This document shows positions 12,821 through 25,327 of a stretch of 64,000 bases of DNA, piece after piece. A program made the position numbers and the translations under genes. The stretch is from the NCBI RefSeq assembly GCF_004010195.1, contig NC_057718.1, positions 2,406,046 through 2,470,045 of the forward strand, given 5' to 3'. Under the pieces are notes generated by a model. The model worked only from the letters and a program-made list of their open reading frames with translations, was not told the origin of the DNA and did no database searches. Position 1 is the first letter of the stretch. Each line of letters begins with the position of its first letter. This stretch comes from Chiloscyllium plagiosum (lineage: Eukaryota).

Positions 12821-13997
12821 ACAGACCCCACAGTACTGCACTGGGTGGGTTTGCATCAATAATCAGCTCAGGCCTCTGAGGCGTGGCTGGAGCATAAGCT
12901 GACCTGTTGGAATATACATGTTCCTGTGCTGCACTTAATCAGTATACTTAATGCTGAAATTAGCGTTTATGTCTTGCTTGTTACTCTCAAAGCACTGCTT
13001 CCAATGAAACACCAGCAGCAAGCTGTTGTGAGTGTTTTTCATATGTTTATTACACACTTATCCTGAATTAAACACGCCATCTCACCCACTCACTTCCACA
13101 CACCCACATAAAGCTGAGACATTGATGACGGATATTATTACAGGCTGCCATAATCTCTGATTTAAAGTCTCCAGGCTCCTAAGTGCTTTAAAGGTGAAGT
13201 CAGGGTCTCAGAAAGCAGAGGATACCCAGCAAGGCTGTGAAGACTTTGTAGCCAAATTTCTGTAAGGTTGGTTCTCAGGTGATTTGAGGTTTGAGCATAT
13301 TAGGGGTGTCCTGTTGGGGTCTGCTGATAACACAATACTAATTAATTTACCCAGTCATTGACAGTCCAGAGAGAAATTCAGGTTTTGGTTGAGGAAAAGA
13401 AGGAAGCATATGTCAGGTATAGACAGGAAAGATCGAATGAATCTTAGAAGAGCATAAAGGCCATTGAAGTATACTTAAGAGGGAAATCAGGAGGGCAAAA
13501 AAGGGACATCAGATAGCTTTGGCAAACAAGGTTAAGGAGAATTCAAAGGGATTTTATAAATATAGTTAGGGCAAAAAGGTAACGAGGGAGAGAATAGGGC
13601 CCCTCAAAAATCAGCAAGCAGCCCATGTGTGGAACCACAGGAGATGGGGGAGATAATAAACAAGTATTTTGCATTGGAGAACCACATGGAAGATGTAGAA
13701 TGTGGGGAAATAGATTGTAGCTATTTGGAGGAGCTGGTGTTGGACTGGGGTGGGCACATTTTAAAAATCACACAGCATCACGTTATAGTCCAACAGGTTT
13801 ATTTGGAGGCACTAGCTTTTGAAACACTGCTTCTTCATCAGGTGGTTGTAAAGATGGATCATAAGACGCAGACTTTATAGCAAAAGATTACAGTGTCATG
13901 CAACTGAAATGATGTACTGAACAAACCTAGATTAAGTCTCTCATCTTTTAGAATAGGTTTGCTAGTTTCGGTTCTTTAATATGTAAATCCCAGAAAT

Positions 13998-14303
13998 GGG
14001 CGGCACGGTGGCACAGTGGTTAGCACTGCTGCCTCACAGCGCCTGAGACCTGGGTTCAATTCCTGCCTCAGGTGACTGAATGTGTGGAGTTTGCACGTTC
14101 TCCCTGTGTCTGCGTGGGTTTCCTCCGGGTGCTCCGGTTTCCTCCCACAGTCCAAAGATGTGCAGGGTCAGGTGAATTGCCCGTAGTGTTAGGTGAGGGG
14201 TAAATGTAGGGGTATGGGTGGGTTTCGCTTCGGCGGGTCGGTGTGGACTTGTTGGGCCGAAGGGCCTGTTTCCACACTGTAATCTAATCTAATCTAAAAA
14301 AAA
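13998..14303 (+). mobile_element. HE1-like SINE, full length and young-looking
   Basis: GGGCGGCACGGTGGCACAGTGG head; tail ...CACACTGTAATCTAATCTAATCTAAAAAAAAA. Confidence 0.9.
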
Positions 14304-15070
14304 ACTTCTTTTAAGTCAGCTGAAGGTTTTATAACAAAAGGTGCCATCTCAACATTAAAGGTGTGAGGTTAAAGTCTGTTTGTATCCCAAACTAGAGTCA
14401 GACTGGTTCTATTTCTAAAGTGGAATTTACAAAACATTATATGGATTGACTGCCTGTAGGTTCTGCATTTTTTGAGCAAAATAGAATGTATCTTCAAATA
14501 AAATTCTGCAAAGATAAATTCAACCAATAAACCTATATGTGTGAATGTGCAGGAGACAAAGAGAGAGAGAGAGACAGAGTGAGTGTGCGTATGTGAGTGT
14601 GTGAGCTTGAGTGCATGCGAGAGAGAGAGTGTGCTTGCATGTGTGTAAACTTGGTAGAGTATGTGTGTGATGGGGTACAAACCTGTGAGAGGGTGCGTGC
14701 ATGGGTGTGGGTGTGGGAGGTGTATGTGTGTGTATGAGAGAGAGCTTGTGTATGAGAGAGGGTCAACGTGAGTAAATGAGTATGTAAGTGTGTGTGCATG
14801 AGAGAGTGTACATAGTGCAGTGGGGTCACTATACTGAAGCTACAGGCAGTCAATCCATATAATGTTTTGTAAATTCCACTTTAGAAGTAGAACTAGTCTG
14901 ACTCAACTTTGGGCTACAGACAGACTTTAACCTCACACCTTTAATGCTGAGATGTCACCTTTTGTTATAAAACCGTAAGCTATCTTGAGAACGTGACTTA
15001 AAGGAAGTTCTAGGATTTACATATTAATGAACCGAAACTAGCAAACCTATTCTAAAAGATGAAAGACTTA

Positions 15071-15920
15071 GAGTCATAGAGATGTACAACACAGAAACAT
15101 ACCCTTCGGTCCAGCTCATCCGAACAGATATCCAAACCCAATCTAGTCCCACCTGCCAGCACCCGGCCCATATCCCTCCAAACCCTTCCTATTCATATAC
15201 CCATCCAGATGCCTTTTAAATGCTGCAATTGTACCAGCCTCCACCACTTCCTCTGGCAGCTCATTCCATACACGTACCACCCTCTGTGTGAAAAAGTTGC
15301 CCCTTAGGTCTCTTTTATATCTTTCCCCTCTCACCCTAAACTTATGCCCTCTAGTTCTGGACTCCTCCACCGCAGGGAAAAGACTTTGTCTATTTATCCC
15401 ATCCATGCCCCTCATGATTTTATAAAACCTCTATACAGTCAGCCGTCAGCCTCCGACGCTCCAGGGACAACAGCCCCAGCCTCTTCAGCCTCTCCCTGTT
15501 GCTCAAATCCTCCAACCCTTGCAACATCCTTGTAAATCCTTTCTGAACCCTTTCAAATTTCACAACATCTTTCCAATAAGAAGGAGACCAGAATTGCATG
15601 CAATATTCCAACAGTGGCCTAACCGATGTCCTGTACAGCCGCAACATGACCTCCCACCTCCTGTACTCAATACTCTGATCAATAAAGGAAACATACCAAA
15701 CGGCTTCTTCACTATCCTATCTACCTGCGACTCCACTTTCAAGGAGCTATGAACCTACACCCCAAGGTCCCTTTGTTCAGCAACACTCCCTCGGATCTTA
15801 CCATTAAGTGTATAAGTCCTGCTAAGATTTGCTTTCCCAAAATGCAGCACCTCACATTTATCTAAATTCAACTCCATCTGCCACTTCTCAGCTCATTGGT
15901 CCACCTGATCAAGATCCCTT
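15071..15920 (-). mobile_element. HER1/CR1 3' fragment nested in the PLE arm
   Basis: ORFs 15143-15742 encode the CR1 RT C-terminus (LEYCMQFWSP, FFTQRVVRVWNELPEEVV). Confidence 0.9.
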
Positions 15921-18239
15921 CATCTAGGTTTGTTCAATATATCATTTCAGCTCCATAACACTAATCTTTTGCTATAAATTCTGTCAAATGATCCTGTTTC
16001 ACAGCTACCTAATGAAGAAGCAGTGCTTCGAAAGCTCGTGCCTCCAAATAAACTTGTTGGATTTTGAAATAGATGGCGACATCTTGAAAAGTATCTGTAT
16101 TTCGGAGGACAAGGTGCTAGATGTCTTGAAATACATAAAAGTGGATAAATTCCCAGGATCTGATCAGGTATACCCTAGAACTCTGTGGGAAGCTTGGGAA
16201 GTCATTGCTCTGCCCCTTGCTGAGATATTTGTATCATCGATAGTCACAGGTGAGGTGCCAGAAGGCTGGAGGTTGGCTAACGTGGTGCCACTATTTAAGA
16301 AAGGCAGTAAGGAAAAGGCAGGGAACTATAGACTAGTGAGTCTGATATCAGTGGTGGGCAGGAATCCTTAGGAACAGGATTCATATATATTTGGAAAGGG
16401 AAGGACTGATTAAGCACAGCCAGCATGGCTTTGTGAGTAGGAAATCATGTCACATGAATTTGATTGAGATCTTTGAAGAAGTAACAAAGGACATTGATGA
16501 GAGCAGAGTGGTAGACGCAATCTCTATGGACTTCAGTAAGGCGTTCGACAAGGTTCCTCATGGAAGACTGGTTAGCCAAGTTAGATCTCATAGAGTACAG
16601 GGAGAACTAGCCATTAGGATACAGAACTGGCTGAAAGGTAGAAAACAGAGGGTGATGGCGGAGGGTTGTTTTTCAGACTGGAGGCCTGTGACCAGTGGTG
16701 TGCCACAAGGATCAGTGCTGGGTCCACTGCTTTTCGTCAGTTATATAATGATTTATATAATGTGAACATAGGAGGTATAGCTAGTAAGTTTGCAGATGAC
16801 ACCAAAATTGGAGGTATAGTGAACAGCGAAGAAGGTTACCTCAGTTTACAATGGGACCTTGATTAGATGGGCCAATGGGCTGAGGAGTGGCAGATGGGGT
16901 TTAATTTAGATAAATGTGAGGTACTGCACTTTGGAAAGGCAAATCAGGGCTGGACTTATACTCTTAATGGTAAGGTCCTGGGGAGTTTGCTGAACAAAGA
17001 GACCTTGGAGTGCAGGTTCATAGTTTCTTAAAAGTGGAGTTGCAGGTAGATAGGATAGTGAAGATGGCGTTTGATATGCTTTCCTTTATTGGTCAGAGCA
17101 TTGAGTACAGGAGTTGGGAGGTCATGTTGCAGCTGTACAGGACATTGGTGACACCACCGTTGGAATATTGCGTGTAATTCTGGTCTCTTTCCTTTCGGAA
17201 AGATGTTGTGAAACTTGAAAGGGTTCAGAAAAGATTTATAAGGATGTTGCCAGGGTTGGAGGATTTGAACTATAGGGAGAGGCTGAACAGACTGGGGCTG
17301 TTTTCCCTGGAGCGTCAGAGGCTGAGGGGTGGCCTCATTGAGCTTTATAAAATCATGAGGGGCATGAATTGGATAAATAGACAAGGTCTTTTCCTTGGGG
17401 TGGGATAGTCCAGAACTAGAGGGCAGAGGTTTAGGGTGAGAGAGCAAAGATATAAAAAAGACCTGAGGTGCAACTTTTTCACACAAAGGGTGGTGCGTGT
17501 TTGGAATGAGCTGGCAGAGGAAGTGGTGGAAGCTAGAATCATAGAGTCATAGAGATGTACAGCATAGAAACAGACCCTTTGGTCCAACCTGTCCATGCCG
17601 ACCAGATATCACAACCCAATCTAGTCCCACCTGCCAGCACCCGACCCATATCCCTCCAAACCCTTCCTATTCCTATGCCCATCCAAATGCCTCTTAAATG
17701 TTGCTAGTACAATTACAGCATTTAAAAAGCATCTGGATGGGTACATGAATAGGAAGGGTGTAGAGGATTATGGACCAAGTGTTGGCAAATGGGACAAGAT
17801 TAGGTTGGGATATCTGGTCGGCATGGGCGAGTTGGACTGAAGAGTCTGTTCCCATGCCGTACATCTCTATGATTCTTTGACAGTCAATTGTTTGGGCGGG
17901 TTTGCCAACAAACAACTCCTGACTCTGTGTTTGTGCAGAGCAAGAAAACACAACTGTCTCATTGTGTGACTGTTTCACAATTACAAAGGATTTTCCAAAT
18001 AAGAAGGTGGTGTTTGTGTTAATTTTCTACCCTTTGTCATGAATTATTATGTTTAAGATTTCTGCACTTTAGTGTGGACCTGAAAACCATCTTAATACAA
18101 TAGCAGGTTGACAGTTCTGGTGAGGGGTCTCTGGATCCGAAACATTAACTCTATTTTCTCTCTCCACAGATGCTGCTAGACCAGATGAGTTTCTCCAGCA
18201 ATTTGTGTTCCTGCTTCAGATTTCCAGCTACCCTGACGT

Positions 18240-18735
18240 ATTTATAAATCTTTTCTGAACCTTTTCACAAGTTACACAACATCCTTCTTATAGCAGGGAG
18301 ACCAAAATTGCACTCAGTATTCCAAAAGTGGCCAAAACAATGTCCTGTACAGCCGCAACATGACTTCCCAACTCCTATAACCACTAAAGAAAAGCATCCC
18401 AAACGCCTTCTTCATTATCCTGTCTCTCTGGGACTCCACTTTCAAGGAACTATGGACCTGCACTCCAAGGTCTTTTTGTTCAGCAACACGCCCCAGGAGC
18501 TTACAATTAATTATAAGTCCTGCCCTGATTTGCCTTTCCAAAATGTAGCACTTCACATTTATATAAATTAAACTCCATCTGCCACTCCTCAGCCCATTGG
18601 CCCATCTGATCAAGATTCCGCTGTACTGTGAGATCACCTTCTTCCCTGTCCACTACACCTCCAATTTTGATGTCATCTGCAAATTTACTAACCATACCTT
18701 CTACGTTCACCTCCAAATCATTTATATAAATGACC
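18240..18735 (-). mobile_element. CR1 RT fragment
   Basis: SKFADDIKIGG, WQMEFN..KCEVLHFG. Confidence 0.85.
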
Positions 18736-18951
18736 CAACCACTTGGCTGGATGAGTGAAGCTCCAACAACACTCAAGAAGCCTGACACTATCCAGAACAG
18801 ATTCCTTAATTACATTTGGTTTGGGTTGAGAAAATAATGAAAGTAGAGTGTGTTTTTGAGGACCAACTATTTCAACTGAATACATTAGGCAGCATGAAAA
18901 GGATGAATGTGTTTTTCCCACCCTTGCAGCTAACCCCAGAATGACGAGGGG

Positions 18952-19460
18952 CACTGTTCACAATGGGGGGGGATTATTCACNNNNNNNNNNNNNNNNNNN
19001 NNNNNNNNNNNNNNNNNNNNNNNNNNNNNNNNNNNNNNNNNNNNNNNNNNNNNNNNNNNNNNNNNNNNNNNNNNNNNNNNNNNNNNNNNNNNNNNNNNNN
19101 NNNNNNNNNNNNNNNNNNNNNNNNNNNNNNNNNNNNNNNNNNNNNNNNNNNNNNNNNNNNNNNNNNNNNNNNNNNNNNNNNNNNNNNNNNNNNNNNNNNN
19201 NNNNNNNNNNNNNNNNNNNNNNNNNNNNNNNNNNNNNNNNNNNNNNNNNNNNNNNNNNNNNNNNNNNNNNNNNNNNNNNNNNNNNNNNNNNNNNNNNNNN
19301 NNNNNNNNNNNNNNNNNNNNNNNNNNNNNNNNNNNNNACAATGGGGGGGAATGTTTACAATGGGGGGAATGTTTACAATGGGGGGGAATGTTTACAATGG
19401 GGGGAATGTTCACAATGGGGGGAATGTTCATAATGGGGGGGGAATGTTCACAATGGGGGC
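18952..19460. repeat. G-rich minisatellite, 17-18 bp unit ACAATGGGGGG(G)AATGTT(T/C), spanning a gap
   Basis: Tandem units on both sides of N run 18982-19337. Confidence 0.9.
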
Positions 19461-19479
19461 GCAGGTCACTGTTCTGAAA

Positions 19480-19800
19480 TGGAAGGTCACCCTTTTCTCT
19501 CGATCCCACCCTCAGGTGACTGTCTGGGTGACGTTTGCACACTGTTTCTGTGTGAGGTCCCTCTGGCTGGTCTGGTTTCCTCCTGCGGTCCAAAGGTGTT
19601 CAGCTTAGGGTAGGTTGGCCATGCTGAAATGCCCATAGGGTCCAGGGATGTGCAGGCTAGCGTGGTTAGCAATGGAGAATGCAGGATTACAGGGATCGGG
19701 TGGGGCGGGTGGATCTGGGTGGGATGCTTTTCAAGAGGGCCGGTACAAACTCAAAGGCCTGAGTGGCCTGCTTCCTCCCTGTCAGGATTCTCTGATTCTA
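19480..19800 (+). mobile_element. Old HE1-like SINE
   Basis: Diverged match to the HE1 body (GGCCATGCTGAAATGCCCATAG). Confidence 0.6.
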
Positions 19801-20559
19801 ACTGAAATTTACAGAGGGTGCTCCAGGCCAGCATACCCTGGGAATAGACAAGAATGAAAGCTCCCACAAAGCCTCAGACAACAGCCTCCTGTGCTTCAAT
19901 GTTATCCAGGAATCCCTTGACAATCTCAGTGCCAAACCACTTTTTACTGAGTCCACGACAATATTATTTTGGTTCTTCATTTGTGGGAGGTGGGCATGAC
20001 TGGCTAGCCACCCATTTATTGCCTGTCCCTAACTTCCCTTGAGCATTCAGCTTCACAGAGTGGGAGGTGAGCTAACTGCCTGTATTAATGATTGTGTGAT
20101 TTGCAGGAAGTGAGAGACACGCAATATACTTACTGCTCTTTGATCTAATGTCACTGTGCATCTTGGCAGACCACTTTAAAGCTAACCTTCCTTTCTAAGA
20201 ATGCTACTGTCAGCCGATCCAAAGAAGTGAACCTGCAGATTCATCCTGGGCCAAGACTGAATCAAACATCCAGTCATGAGGCTGATGTACCTGAGAATGT
20301 GTAAGTGACAGCGCCCCTTCAGGTCAGACAACAAACCCAATTCCAAGCCAAAGATCAAAGCCACTCATCAGCCATTCATGCAAGCTTTAATCAGTTAGCT
20401 CTGCAGAACACAGTGCAAATATGATTCCTTGATTCAAACAAGGAGGAAGGTTGAAATCTGTCACAGGGAAAAGCTCTTCTACATGAGGATGTGGCAGGAT
20501 ATTTAGAGAAGCTTAATGCAGTCCAGCACAGCTTTTGTAAAACAGAAATAGTGTTTGGT

Positions 20560-21150
20560 TGATTTTGTTAACAGTTCTTTGAAGAAGCAACAAGCAACAT
20601 AGATCAGGGATTCCCAACAACACATCACAGTTCCTAATGCAAAATATAGTGTTACAGCTATGGAGAAGATGCAGAGAGAGGTCAACTCTAATATATGGGA
20701 GGGTCATTCAAACAACGGGGAAGAAGCTGTTCTTGAAATTGTTGGTATGTGTTTTCAAACTTGTGAACCTTCTGCCCAATGGAAGAGGGTGGAAAAGAGT
20801 ATAACTGGGATGGCAGGGGTCTTTGATTATGTTGGCTGCTTTCCTGAGATAGTGGGTAGTGTAGATGCAGTTATTGGAGGGAAGGCTGGTTTTCGTGATG
20901 AACTGACTGTGTTCATGATTGTGTAGTTTCTTGTGGTTTTGGGCACAGCAGTTCCTATACCAAGCTGTGATGCATCTGGATAGGATGCTTTCTATGGTGC
21001 ATCTGTAAAAATTGGTAAGAGTCATTGTGGACAGCTCCTCAAATGCTGCCTGAACTGCTGTGCTCTTCCAGCACCATTGATCCAGATACTAAATTTCCTT
21101 AGCCTCCTGAGGAAGTAAAGGCATTGGTGTGCTTTGTTTACTGTAACTTG
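20560..21150 (-). mobile_element. Rex1/Babar-clade LINE 3' fragment
   Basis: ORF 20708-21025 NFYRCTIESILSRCITAWY...LPLGRRFTSLKTHTNNFKNSFFP is the characteristic Rex1/Babar RT C-terminus. Confidence 0.8.
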
Positions 21151-21284
21151 GATGATGGGAGGGAAGGTATGGTTGTCAAATTTGTTGATGACACAAGGAT
21201 AGGGTGGAGAAGTGAGCTGTGATAGATACTATCCTCCCATAATGCACCTACCAGTTAAGGTCCTGACAAATGTCAGCATCAAAG

Positions 21285-21625
21285 AGAAAGGATGACCTTA
21301 CAGAGGTTTATAAAATTCTGAGAGGCATGGATAGGATAAATAGACAAGGTATTTTCCCCAGGGTGGGGGAGGTGAAAGCTAAAGGGCATTGGTTTAATTT
21401 CAAAGGGGAAAGATTTAATAATGATCTATCAGGCAACTTTACATGCATAGGGTGGTGCATGTATGGAATGAGTTGCCAGAGGAAATGGTGGATATATGAA
21501 TAGGAAGGGTTTAGAGAGATATGGGCCAAATGCTGGCTGATGAGACTATGTCAGATTGGGATATCTGGTCAGTGCTGATGAGTTGGACCGAAGGGTCTGT
21601 TTCCCTGCAGTCTGGCTCTAATGAC
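21285..21625 (+). mobile_element. CR1 3' fragment
   Basis: DLTEVYKILRGMDRIN and 3' UTR. Confidence 0.8.
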
Positions 21626-22144
21626 ACTGCAGAGACAAAAATTCACAGGAGACTGACTGAGATGGTCAAACATTAGACTAAGATAAATGAGAAAATAATA
21701 ATTCAACTTCTCTGTAAGATGGGACATAAATTTAAGATCATCATTCCCACAATGAAAGAAGAGGCGGAGGGTTCTAAAGCAGGATCAGGACTCAGCATCT
21801 AACATTTTATTGGAAAGACTGCAGTCAGTATTCCCCGGAACTATACCACTGGGTCAGACTAGGTCTGTACCTCAAGTCTAGGGAGTGGATAAAAGAAAAT
21901 ACATTGGATGCTGGAAATCAAAAAACAAACACAAAGAATGCTGAAGAAACTCATTGGTCTGACAGCATCTGTGGAAAGAGGCAGAGATAATGTTTCGAGT
22001 CTTCTTTAGAACTGAAAGCTGTTGGAAAATGTTTTTTTTAAAAATACCTTTGTCTATGGAGTGGAGCCTATGAACACAAGCTTCTGACTCAGAGGTAGGG
22101 TTGACACCTGACATAATGGATCCTTAAAGCCAGATTTCACTATA

Positions 22145-22523
22145 AAACAAAACCAAAAGGACTGGAGATGCTGTAAATCAGAAACAAAAACAGAAATTGC
22201 TGGAAAAGCTCAGCAGCTCTGGCAGCACCTGTTATAAGGGTCACTGATTTCTCTCCACAGATGCTGTCAGGTCAGCAGGTCTGGCAAGAGGCAAAAGTGA
22301 GGACTGCAGATGCTGGAAACCAGAGTTTAGATTAGAGTGGTGCTGAAAAAGCACAGCAGGTCAGGCAGCATCCGAGGAGCAGGAAAATCGACGTTTCAGG
22401 CAAAAGCCCTTCAACTGGCAGTACCTGTTGGGAGAAATCAGAGTTAATGTTTTTGGGACCAGTGACACTTATTACAGGTGCTGCCAGACCTGCTGAGCTT
22501 TTCCAGCAATTTCTGTTTTTGTC
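22145..22523. mobile_element. Nested PLE terminal fragments with inverted arms
   Basis: About 22185-22246 is inverted relative to about 22458-22522; a second PLE terminus (22287-22414) sits between CTGGCA repeats. Confidence 0.55.
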
Positions 22524-22689
22524 ACTAGAAAGCAACTGGGTTTAAGAACTTTGATAAGTTTGCCTCTACAGTCGAGGGAGCTTAACTAGATCAGCAGAAG
22601 CCAAGGTCAAATCTGGGACACTGTGGTCAGAGCATGTCTTTGCACAAATGATTCTTTTTACCCAATGTGAGCTGTGCACACTCAAGTAG

Positions 22690-23090
22690 CACATCTTCCG
22701 TGAACTGTGAGAACTATCCTACCTGCAGACGTGAGTTATAAACAGCTCATGAATCAGTTGCTGGTAGTACCACCTCATATAGTCGCAGCATTTGATCCAG
22801 GCTTTGTAAAGTAGGTTAGATGTGGTTTCCAGATTGATTACGCTCTAAATCATTAGAAGGAGGAAAGTCCATGGGTTTGGAGAAGCTTGTAGGGTCTTAA
22901 ACCCCTGACTCAATCTTTCAGTGATATAATTTTCCGTGTGAAGGAGTAGGAAACCCCGGAGCTGATGCCAGTAACCTGTGGCAAACCACATGATGCTGGT
23001 GTCCTCTATAAAATAGGGTGCTGCCTGTACACAAACTATCAGATTCAAGAGCGATCACAGAACAGACACAATCGGTTCAAGTTAGGTCAA
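22690..23090 (+). promoter_or_regulatory. Putative IL-17 promoter
   Basis: TATAAAA 23007-23013; RUNX AACCACA 22984-22990 and TGTGGTT 22821-22827; kB-like GGAAAGTCC 22862-22870 and GGAAACCCC 22949-22957; STAT GAS TTCCGTGAA 22696-22704; RORE-like AAAGTAGGTTA 22808-22818 and AAGTTAGGTCA 23079-23089. Confidence 0.6.
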
Positions 23091-23134
23091 CTCTGCAAAG
23101 GAATCCAGAAGACAGCAAGCAAAAAAACAACAAG

Positions 23135-23167
23135 ATGCTATGCAAATTCAAACTGCGATCCTTAATG
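23135..23167 (+). CDS. IL17A/F: IL-17A/F-family cytokine, exon 1 (MLCKFKLRSLM)
   Basis: AAGATG start 128 nt downstream of TATAAAA; 33 nt, then ATG|gtgagt donor; phase 0 matches exon 2; a short first coding exon is typical of IL17A/IL17F genes. Confidence 0.75.
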
Positions 23168-23614
23168 GTGAGTCAATGAATTGTGTTGAAATAAGAAATG
23201 CAGATAGCCATTGAGAATGTACGGCCCAAACGCAGACTTATGCTTTGTGTGTGAGCCTTCATTAGGACAATTCCAATGAGGAGCTGCAGCCAAAGCATCA
23301 AACAATCGAATGTCCGAATTACCGATCCGTGGGCTGAGGTGTTATCCATGGTCGTGCTGTCTGACATCAATGTTCATGGGCAGGAGATTAAAAAACAGTC
23401 TTAACAAAGACTGCACTCCCACTTGCACCTGCAGCATCTCTCTTGAATGCTTAGCGACTGAGGCACACGTTCAACAGTGGCCGGTGAAAAGAATGAACAG
23501 AATTATTTTGATTGCATGTTGACCATGGAGAAGGGATGAGATGGATAGGGCAGAAGATAGAGTGTGGGAGAAGATTCAATAGCGAACAGTAGAGCAATGA
23601 GCTAAATGGCTGAA

Positions 23615-24160
23615 TGCTTTAGCCACTTTTGGAATACTGCATTCAATTCTGGTCTCCCTTCAAAAGGAAAGATGTTGTTAAACTTGAAAGGGTGCAGAAA
23701 AGATTTACAAGGATGTTGCCAGGGTTGGAGAGTTTGAGCTGTAGGGAGAGGTTAAAGCTATTTTCCCTGGAGCATCAGAGACCAAGGGGTGACTTATAGA
23801 AGATCATAAAATCATGAGGGGCATGTATAGGATAAACAGACAAGGTCTTTTCTCTGGAGTGGAGGAGTCAAAAACTAGAGGGTACAGATATAAGGTAATA
23901 TGGGAAATTTTCAAAAGGGATCTAAAGGGCAAGATTTTTATGTAGAAGGTGGTGCATGTATGGAATGAGAGGAAGTGATGGAAGGGAGTACAATTGTAAC
24001 ATTTAAAAGGCATCTGGATGGGTATATGAATAGAAATGGTTTAGAGCGATATGGGCCAGGTGCTGACAAATAGGACTAGATTAATTTAGGATATCTGGTC
24101 GGCATGGACGAGTTGGACAGGAGGGTCTGTTTCGGTGCTGTACCTCTCTATAATTCTATG
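23615..24160 (+). mobile_element. CR1 3' fragment in IL-17 intron 1
   Basis: LEYCIQFWSP remnant through the 3' tail. Confidence 0.85.
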
Positions 24161-25100
24161 GTTTGGAGCTGCTGATTGAGAGTTAAAGATGGGGCAAGGG
24201 TCGGGTTAATATCCTTGCTCCTCACCTTGGGATCTCTCATGCACCCTGTGGGGTTGACAGGGTCTCGCTTGAAAGATGGTATCTCTGACATGGCTGCACT
24301 CTAAGGGTGGAGCCAGGTTATAGGATGTGCACAACTCAGTGGCAGGCTCCCAATTGAATGTGAGCCCTGGGTATACCGCAGAGAAAATGGGGACTGTCCT
24401 CAATGGACTGCAGGTGTGTGACAAGGAAAATTATCAGAAGGAAAAAGAACATGATGTTTAATTCACCTCTGCTTTATGATTACAGAGGGCAGTGGTGCCC
24501 ACACCTCAAATGAGTTTTCTCAGTGAAGTTCTGTACCTCTGATTTTACAGAGGAAATGGTTTTGTTGATGATTAGATCTGTCACCCACTCAACATGTTTC
24601 ATCTGTCAGGTTAAACATCAGTGTCTTGAAATGAACTGAGCCGGCCTCCACAATGAACATGCCACTGCCCCGTGCTTGAGTGGTACTCTGCACAGCATCT
24701 GTGCCCATTGCCCTATTCAAACAGCATTCCCATAATGTAGTTCAGTAACTGTATATCCACCAGGAGAACGGGGAAGGAACTGACGGGGATGAATGTAGCC
24801 ACACAATACAATGGGTTAAAAGTCTGATCTGACAGGTGGAGATAGGGACAGCTGCTAATTGCAAAGGTACTTTCAGTATAACAATAGTGAGGGTGAAAAC
24901 TGAATTAGAAGTATGCTTGAAGTGGAAGAAAATTCTCGAGGAGCAGAGTACTCACTCAAGAGCTCCTTGAAAGAGCCAGGGAGATCTCAAAGTGGAGATT
25001 AAAGCTCAGGGCAGGTAGAGTGTGAATTCCCAGCGGCTGATATTTCTGATTCCAGTAGCTTTCTTTAACAATGAGTTGCTTGCTCTCGCTCTCTCTCCAG

Positions 25101-25327
25101 ACCTCTGTGGTTCTGCTCCTTGTGGTGCTCACCATCCTGACAGAAGCTGCCTCCACGGGCAAAAGGAAGGATAACAAAAGGAAAGAGGTGCACTCACGCA
25201 CAAGGAGAAACACAAGCTACATGCTGGAATTGGAAAACATTAAATGGTCCTCGCACACTCCACCACGCAGGTGGAACATCATCCACGGTAGCTTCATGAA
25301 CCGCTCGGTGTCTCCCTGGATCTACAG
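25101..25327 (+). CDS. IL17A/F: IL-17A/F-family cytokine, exon 2 (signal-peptide core and N-terminal region ending NRSVSPWIY)
   Basis: ctctctccag acceptor, AG|gtaagt donor (phase 2); hydrophobic VVLLLVVLTILTEAA; IL-17 signature NRSxSPWxY. Confidence 0.95.

Larger units (their letters stand above)
13716..16065. mobile_element. Penelope-like fold-back element with long inverted arms
   Basis: 13789-14459 (minus the nested SINE) is the reverse complement of 14840-16061 (minus the nested CR1); each arm has a degenerate hammerhead core. Confidence 0.7.
13370..17878 (+). mobile_element. HER1/CR1 LINE interrupted by a 2.35-kb nested insertion (13716-16065) and a small antisense CR1 tail (about 17538-17705)
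   Basis: RT motifs in ORFs 15988-17408; the reading resumes across a 9-bp TSD GAAATAGAT (13707-13715 and 16066-16074). Confidence 0.9.

Noticed and set aside
25071..25100. In-frame ATG as the IL-17 start (ORF track MSCLLSLSLQ)
   Set aside because: This is the polypyrimidine tract and acceptor of intron 1; the upstream exon with a TATA box fits better, though a two-exon variant is not excluded
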